Shown: positions 58,438 to 64,000 of the stretch, piece after piece
How positions within the stretch are numbered: the stretch's first letter is position 1
How the letters are laid out: each line of letters starts with the position of its first letter
DNA from: a virus
Lineage: Duplodnaviria; Heunggongvirae; Uroviricota; Caudoviricetes
DNA length: 64,000 nucleotides
Direction: 5' to 3' (one strand)
IMG/VR virus record: IMGVR_UViG_3300023707_000001
The notes under the pieces: model-generated
Database searches by the model: none
What the model was told of the DNA's origin: nothing
Seen by the model: only the letters and a program-made list of their open reading frames with translations
Translations under genes and position numbers: made by a program

Positions 58438-61400
58438 ATGAGCTTGTCTTTAGAAACCGTTTTGCCCAGCATGAAGCAGAGCTTCCCCAGCTGGTCAGAC
58501 ATTCGTAAGCGCACCGACAAATCGGTTGGCGGCGCATTGATAAAATCGTATGCCTGTGAAGCAGATTATATACAGGATGCAATTAATGAGTATCGCAAAC
58601 TGTTCTTCCTGCTTAATTACAAAGACCATGAGGAAGAGTTTGCAGACTATCTCTATATCGCAACTGTGGGTAAACAAAACGAGATAAGTGTCGTTGGTTT
58701 TCCGTGCCAGGTTACGGAAGATGATGACTTGTTCTATAACAACATGGACAAGATGGCCCTGTACAAAAATGGTTATCTGATGTTCCATGAAAATATCCTT
58801 CCGAATGGCGCTGAACAGAAAACGGTTCAGTACAAAACAGAGAACAAAAATGTGTATGAAGCAGAATTGCACAAAGAGCACATCTGGAATGCATTCGATG
58901 AGTTTGCTCTATTCGCAGGACTCACCAGATATGGAAATGAAACCAATAGTGAGCTTGCAGCACGTACCGTGCAGATATTCAAAGAATTTCCCAACCCGAC
59001 CGGTGACGGGCTGAGGAATGCTGTAAAAGACGCGATTGCTCCACACGAAAAAATCGAGGATGAAGCAATTGATATATACACGTTTGGTGATAAAAAATTC
59101 ACGCTGAGCCGTGAAGACCACAGGGCCATGTACGAAGACATGGTACAATTAAACCGAGATATTTTCCGGGCCAAGGTTTGGAACAGGGATATTTGGGAAC
59201 ATGGCTTCCAGAAAACGGATTACATTCCGCATGTTTGGGATGCCCCGATGGAAGCTGTGCAAAACGGCGTAGGATATAACGACTCCCTGCGGGCGGATTA
59301 TATTAAGCGTCTTGGCCAGAGTGAAACCACAGACATTGAAGTAAATGCGTACAAAAAAGACTTTGAACGTATTCGGCAGTATATCGGCCGCACAAATGTT
59401 GAAGCGTCCATCCAGCTCACGCTCACAAAATACACGGATGAAGTCAATCCGAAAAATGTAGAGTTTTGTGTGAGAGCTTACGATGTTAAAAAGATTGACA
59501 AGCCGGAAAACATTCATGTTCTTGGAACGCGGAAGCAGAATGGTGAAAAGCGTTACTATGTAGATGACCTCGATGTGGAAACCTATGGCGTAACCCGCGT
59601 AGAGGGCAATCACCTTGAAGAGAACGCTTCGTACAAACTGAAGTTCACACCAAAAGATACGTTTGCCGGCATGTCCATTGAAAAATGCGCACTGGTTTCC
59701 GATAGTGGCGAAAAGGATTTACGTAAAGAGTATTCGTATTACAAGATGCAGAACGGAAGCATCGTAAACCAAAATGTTGCAGCGCACGTTACTTCGACCG
59801 CTCAAATCACCATCAATCACAATGTTGAAGATTGCAGCACGGGTATTACGGTTGGCCATGGTGACTCAAAAGGCCTGTTCGGCGTCGATGTCACCGGCAT
59901 GGGAAAAGAGCTTGTCAACTACAGTGTTGCTTGCCGGCGTATTGATATAACTTCTTCAAGTTATATTGAAGGGCGCAATGGCTTTGAAATCAGTGAAGAC
60001 GGAAAATCATTCGAGAGTACCCGTCCAGATTCTCTTGGCCAAATTATCATTGGTGGCCAGGGGCGTGAAATGAGTTGTAACTCATATTCGTTCACACTGG
60101 ATAAGTCAGACATTCCTGCATTGCAGGGCGCAATTACCGTCACGGAAATCGTTGATGGGCAGGTTACGCAGATGACCTATCGCCAGCCGCAGGATATTGT
60201 GCGTGAATTCAAGAAGCGCTCGACGGTTCAGGTTATCATCCAAAAGTATGGGCAGAATCCTGTAAAAATCAAAAACATTGCCATGGCAAGCTATGACGTG
60301 AATGTTGGATTGTCTGATGGTACACCGCTTACGATGTCCGGAAAAACAATCCGCTTGCCGGAAAATGTTGACGGAAAAGTTCTGAATGTGGAAATCATTC
60401 CTTACACGGCGGCATACCCGGTAGTAGAATACCTGCATATCGGCGGCAGCCTGAAAGGCGCCAGATACGAAGTCGATTTCAACACGGACGGCCTCAAGAA
60501 CCCGAAACTGGATATCGACACGGACTGCAACATAACCTTGTATAAGAAGTCTGGCGGCAGCAGTATCCTCGTAGGCGACGAATACAAATATACAACAAAA
60601 GCACGCTTTAAGAATACGACTTCCGACCCCGGCCAGATTATTCTCGACCTGAGCGATTTTGCTTCCATCTCCAGTGCTAGTCAGAAGATAAAAGACCAGT
60701 ATAAGGGTATGAACAAGAAGTATATCGAACTTGCGCCAGGAGAAGAAATCTTCGAGATGGACATAACAGGTGAGGTTATCAGGCAGGTTACAAACAAACC
60801 AATCCTGTGGCATCTGTTTGGGGACGATACGAAGAATAAAGAATTGTATGCTACCCGAGGAACGAATGGATACATTCTGGTAAAAGACACGGAAAGCGGT
60901 GAAACGAAAAAGGTAACAATCCGATACGAGGATTTGGATGGCAGAGCAGACAGCTACCAGCTGACCGGGCTTTCACATGAACTTTCCGCAGAGTTTGTAA
61001 CAGCAAACGGTGAAATTCGTGAAACGGTAAACTCTGGTACGGGCTCAATCTTTGACCATCTTGGAATAACGTACAAACAGGCATCTGAGTATGTTGCTTA
61101 CAATACGTTCTCCATGATTCGGGAAAAGCAATCGGGAGTTGAACTGGTAAACACGTTTACGCCGGTTATGTCCATGACGGAACTGAAATACTATGTAATT
61201 GCTTCAACGAAAAATGCAAGAGAAGATAAGGTATGTTTTGAAACCTCTGGTGATAACTGGAGCCTGGGCGTAGATGAGAAGGGCATTTCCATTACGACAG
61301 TGTTGGAAACCAAAAACGCAGACTCTTGGATTATCAGTATCAATAATGTAAACAACAGGTATATCCTTGCCAACGAAGTCCCGCTGGAGGAAAGATATTT

Positions 61401-63471
61401 TATCGAGCAGGATAATATGTATCACGACCTGCGCGAATACATGGTATTTACCGAGCCGGGGCTTGTTGTCAATTACGAAATAGAGCCTGGCATCGAGGAG
61501 AACATTGTTGTAAAAGAGAAGCTCGTAAACAAGCTCAAGTTCTCAAATATCAACGACCTGAAGGTTTACCAGGGCAATGCGCTCTTGACCAGCGGGTACG
61601 AAGTGATGAAAGATGAGGGCCTTATCATATGGTCCGATGAACGGTATCTCGGCATCCCGCTGCGTATCGTTTATTCCATTAGACGGGCATCCACAGTATC
61701 TTATACAAAAGAGTATGAGGATAAACTGTATAATCTGGTAAACTTCTCCGCAGAGGCTTATAAGCTTATTGGTACAAATACTTATAAGAACTGCCCGGAT
61801 GGAGCACGATACAATCTTCGATTCGATGAAGAGCCGGATAAAATCATCACGGCATGCACGAATGCGTCGTTTAGTACATCTATCCTCAATGGCGTATTAA
61901 CCGCCGCCCGCATAACGGATGAAGATAAGATAGCGGTTCATAACGGCTATATTTATGACCAGGGGCGGGAGTATTACTACTTCAGTGATATTTTCAATGA
62001 CCGGGTAGATGCATTCAGTAACATCGAACTTCACGACGTAAGCAGGATGAATGGCGAATTGCTGTTCCATATGCGCTCCACAAACTACCTGCCGTACTCA
62101 AATATGAGGACTTCGGTTATGGCAAAGCTTTGTTCTGTAGACCTCACGAAGCGTCTGCCGAAGGGAATCAGTAAGGCTGCGCACCAAACAGCATGCGAAA
62201 GCTTTAACCTCTGGCACAATATAAATATGAAGGTTGCGCTGACAGAAAACGGCATGAATAGCTACGGTCTCAATTTCAAGTCGGCTGATAAAACAGGCGG
62301 ATATGCTGCGCTGGATATTACATCGTTTTATATCGAGGGGCATGCAATCTCGCTGTACATTGTCGGCGACTTGAAAGCAAGTATCGTTAAGGAGACGCAG
62401 GTTGATGGCCTGACCATGACGAAATCCATTTTCCTGGAGACAAAAGATGGATATGAGCTGGAGCGGGAAAAAGACCTCGCTTACGGCATCTGTGGCAAAC
62501 CTGAAAAAAATTGCAGATACTTCCTCGTGCTCTCAGGAACGAGCGGAACGATTGACGATATTGTGTCTCTTCCGTACACCGACCTGAAAGGGATTAAAGA
62601 ATCACACAGGAAGAACATTAATAAGCTGAACTTTAACATTGCCGAAAAGATGCCCGAAAAATACGAATGTGATTTGGAATTCGATATTGCGGGTGCTGCT
62701 TACAAAGACTTGAATATTCACAGCCAGACAAAAGAGATTGAGACGTCGGCAAACGTTGAATATGGTCTTACCTTGGCAGAATCCATTGACCTTGAGCAGT
62801 GTCTGATATCCAGGATGCAGCTTAAGAAGGGCACACTCATAACGACACTTGACGGCGGAAGCGCAAGAACGCCAGTATTCTTTACGCATACAAAGTCGTC
62901 CATCTATGCACTCTATGTAAAAGTGAACGACATTATTGAGGGGCAGTACAAAGGATTTACAATCAAATTGTACGGCTCAAACACGAGAAGCGGCGGATAT
63001 ACTCTGCTTGCTACGGAGGAAAATGCAAATCTGCTTTCAATACCACACAACCTCGTTCGGAATTACTACTATGTCGAAGTTATTGCGAATAAAAACAAAG
63101 TAATTCATAGCATAGATGTTTATGCAAGATACGCAGAAACGGAAGATGGCGGCATGTTGGCGCCGACAAGAATTAGTCAGGGAACATTCATTAGCAAGAT
63201 TTACGATATGGGTGAAAAAGCAAATTATATTCTGAAAGATATTTGTTACAAAACAAATAATCAGGATGAATATGTAGAGTTCTATATCAGAGGTGCTCGT
63301 GAAGGAAAAAGCAATCTGGTATTTACGCCGTGGAGAAAATATGCGGCAAATAGCGATAAGCTCAAAGAGATTCGTTATGATGACTATTCTCTGTTCCAGT
63401 TTAAAATCAATGTTAATAGCCCAACGGTTACATTGACGGTTGATAAATTTAGAATGGTGGTTGCATCTTAA
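58438..63471 (+). CDS. Large baseplate wedge/tail structural protein
   Basis: 1677 aa; WNAFDEFALFAGLTRYGNETNSELAAR wedge-like motif; beta-rich remainder. Confidence 0.6.
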   Translation: MSLSLETVLPSMKQSFPSWSDIRKRTDKSVGGALIKSYACEADYIQDAINEYRKLFFLLNYKDHEEEFADYLYIATVGKQNEISVVGFPCQVTEDDDLFYNNMDKMALYKNGYLMFHENILPNGAEQKTVQYKTENKNVYEAELHKEHIWNAFDEFALFAGLTRYGNETNSELAARTVQIFKEFPNPTGDGLRNAVKDAIAPHEKIEDEAIDIYTFGDKKFTLSREDHRAMYEDMVQLNRDIFRAKVWNRDIWEHGFQKTDYIPHVWDAPMEAVQNGVGYNDSLRADYIKRLGQSETTDIEVNAYKKDFERIRQYIGRTNVEASIQLTLTKYTDEVNPKNVEFCVRAYDVKKIDKPENIHVLGTRKQNGEKRYYVDDLDVETYGVTRVEGNHLEENASYKLKFTPKDTFAGMSIEKCALVSDSGEKDLRKEYSYYKMQNGSIVNQNVAAHVTSTAQITINHNVEDCSTGITVGHGDSKGLFGVDVTGMGKELVNYSVACRRIDITSSSYIEGRNGFEISEDGKSFESTRPDSLGQIIIGGQGREMSCNSYSFTLDKSDIPALQGAITVTEIVDGQVTQMTYRQPQDIVREFKKRSTVQVIIQKYGQNPVKIKNIAMASYDVNVGLSDGTPLTMSGKTIRLPENVDGKVLNVEIIPYTAAYPVVEYLHIGGSLKGARYEVDFNTDGLKNPKLDIDTDCNITLYKKSGGSSILVGDEYKYTTKARFKNTTSDPGQIILDLSDFASISSASQKIKDQYKGMNKKYIELAPGEEIFEMDITGEVIRQVTNKPILWHLFGDDTKNKELYATRGTNGYILVKDTESGETKKVTIRYEDLDGRADSYQLTGLSHELSAEFVTANGEIRETVNSGTGSIFDHLGITYKQASEYVAYNTFSMIREKQSGVELVNTFTPVMSMTELKYYVIASTKNAREDKVCFETSGDNWSLGVDEKGISITTVLETKNADSWIISINNVNNRYILANEVPLEERYFIEQDNMYHDLREYMVFTEPGLVVNYEIEPGIEENIVVKEKLVNKLKFSNINDLKVYQGNALLTSGYEVMKDEGLIIWSDERYLGIPLRIVYSIRRASTVSYTKEYEDKLYNLVNFSAEAYKLIGTNTYKNCPDGARYNLRFDEEPDKIITACTNASFSTSILNGVLTAARITDEDKIAVHNGYIYDQGREYYYFSDIFNDRVDAFSNIELHDVSRMNGELLFHMRSTNYLPYSNMRTSVMAKLCSVDLTKRLPKGISKAAHQTACESFNLWHNINMKVALTENGMNSYGLNFKSADKTGGYAALDITSFYIEGHAISLYIVGDLKASIVKETQVDGLTMTKSIFLETKDGYELEREKDLAYGICGKPEKNCRYFLVLSGTSGTIDDIVSLPYTDLKGIKESHRKNINKLNFNIAEKMPEKYECDLEFDIAGAAYKDLNIHSQTKEIETSANVEYGLTLAESIDLEQCLISRMQLKKGTLITTLDGGSARTPVFFTHTKSSIYALYVKVNDIIEGQYKGFTIKLYGSNTRSGGYTLLATEENANLLSIPHNLVRNYYYVEVIANKNKVIHSIDVYARYAETEDGGMLAPTRISQGTFISKIYDMGEKANYILKDICYKTNNQDEYVEFYIRGAREGKSNLVFTPWRKYAANSDKLKEIRYDDYSLFQFKINVNSPTVTLTVDKFRMVVAS

Positions 63472-64000
63472 TGCAGGAAATCTTTCAGACAAATGGCCGC
63501 GTAGAAGGCTTGAATGGCATGCACTTCTATGAGCAGGACATTGTTATGCTTAACTACATATATACCGGCGATGTAGTAATTGACGCAGAGGTTGATTACT
63601 GCATGCCCGGTTTTGGCTTTGTGTTTGCTTCATACGGCATTGGATTAACCAGTGCTGATGAGGCGCGCAGTGCCATTCTGGCAAAAGTCGGCAGCCTGGA
63701 TTTCTCCGTATACAAGAAAAACCTTGGTACGCAAAGCAGGCTTTACAACAGCAGCTGTCCGCTAAAGCCAGATAAAAAGACACACAAGCTGAGATTCAGA
63801 AAAACAGGAACATATGTTTACTGCTACGAGCTTGTTGGCGATAAAGAGCAGGAGCTATCACACTGTAATACAAAAGTCGATATTGATAAATTCTTTATAG
63901 GGGTATATTCCAATAAAGGCAATACGCTTCGAGTGATGGACGTTTACGATAACCGTCCGCAGTATTGGTTCACGAGTATCCAAAACACAAATGGCGGAAG
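63471..64000 (+). CDS. Structural protein, 3' truncated by window
   Basis: TAATG overlap; frame MQEIFQTNGRVEG... open to the window end. Confidence 0.6.
   Translation, partial: MQEIFQTNGRVEGLNGMHFYEQDIVMLNYIYTGDVVIDAEVDYCMPGFGFVFASYGIGLTSADEARSAILAKVGSLDFSVYKKNLGTQSRLYNSSCPLKPDKKTHKLRFRKTGTYVYCYELVGDKEQELSHCNTKVDIDKFFIGVYSNKGNTLRVMDVYDNRPQYWFTSIQNTNGG

Noticed and set aside
1-64000. tRNA/rRNA genes, introns, inteins, stop-codon recoding
   Set aside because: None recognised by eye; standard-code ORFs tile the window densely

Overview
This window is the head-tail-baseplate module of a large contractile-tailed (myovirus-type) phage. GGAGG ribosome-binding sites, sigma-A-type promoters and the gene content suggest a Firmicutes host (inference). 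Gene order on +: scaffold C-terminus, head protein, major capsid, neck/adaptor genes, tail sheath (1014 aa), tail tube and tube paralogues, two chaperone-like genes, three consecutive giant virion proteins (2234, 3081, 2907 aa), then baseplate genes. Two accessory islands interrupt the module. Island 1 (~16.9-22.2 kb) has a BspA-like LRR gene, an Rnl5/DRB0094-type RNA ligase whose RBS is held in a 22-bp hairpin, and a minus-strand Rep_3-like initiator next to an iteron/DnaA-box origin, so the element looks like a phage-plasmid. Island 2 (~52.0-57.6 kb) is a complete deamidating NAD+ salvage operon (nrtR, pncA, NadM/NadR-like adenylyltransferase, pncB, nadE). It has a sigma-A promoter with two GT-N7-AC NrtR-type operators, and an intact IscB/omegaRNA element sits at the nrtR-pncA junction. 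The strongest candidates for new biology are two. (a) An ADP-ribose-inducible, phage-encoded Preiss-Handler NAD+ rebuilding pathway, distinct from NARP1/NARP2. (b) A 3081-aa tail-associated protein with RNA polymerase beta- and beta'-like motifs (RQP...NGDKDGD) fused to an N-terminal DEDDh exonuclease, flanked by giant tail proteins with HNH and SNase-like domains. All assignments come from motifs read by eye; no searches were run.
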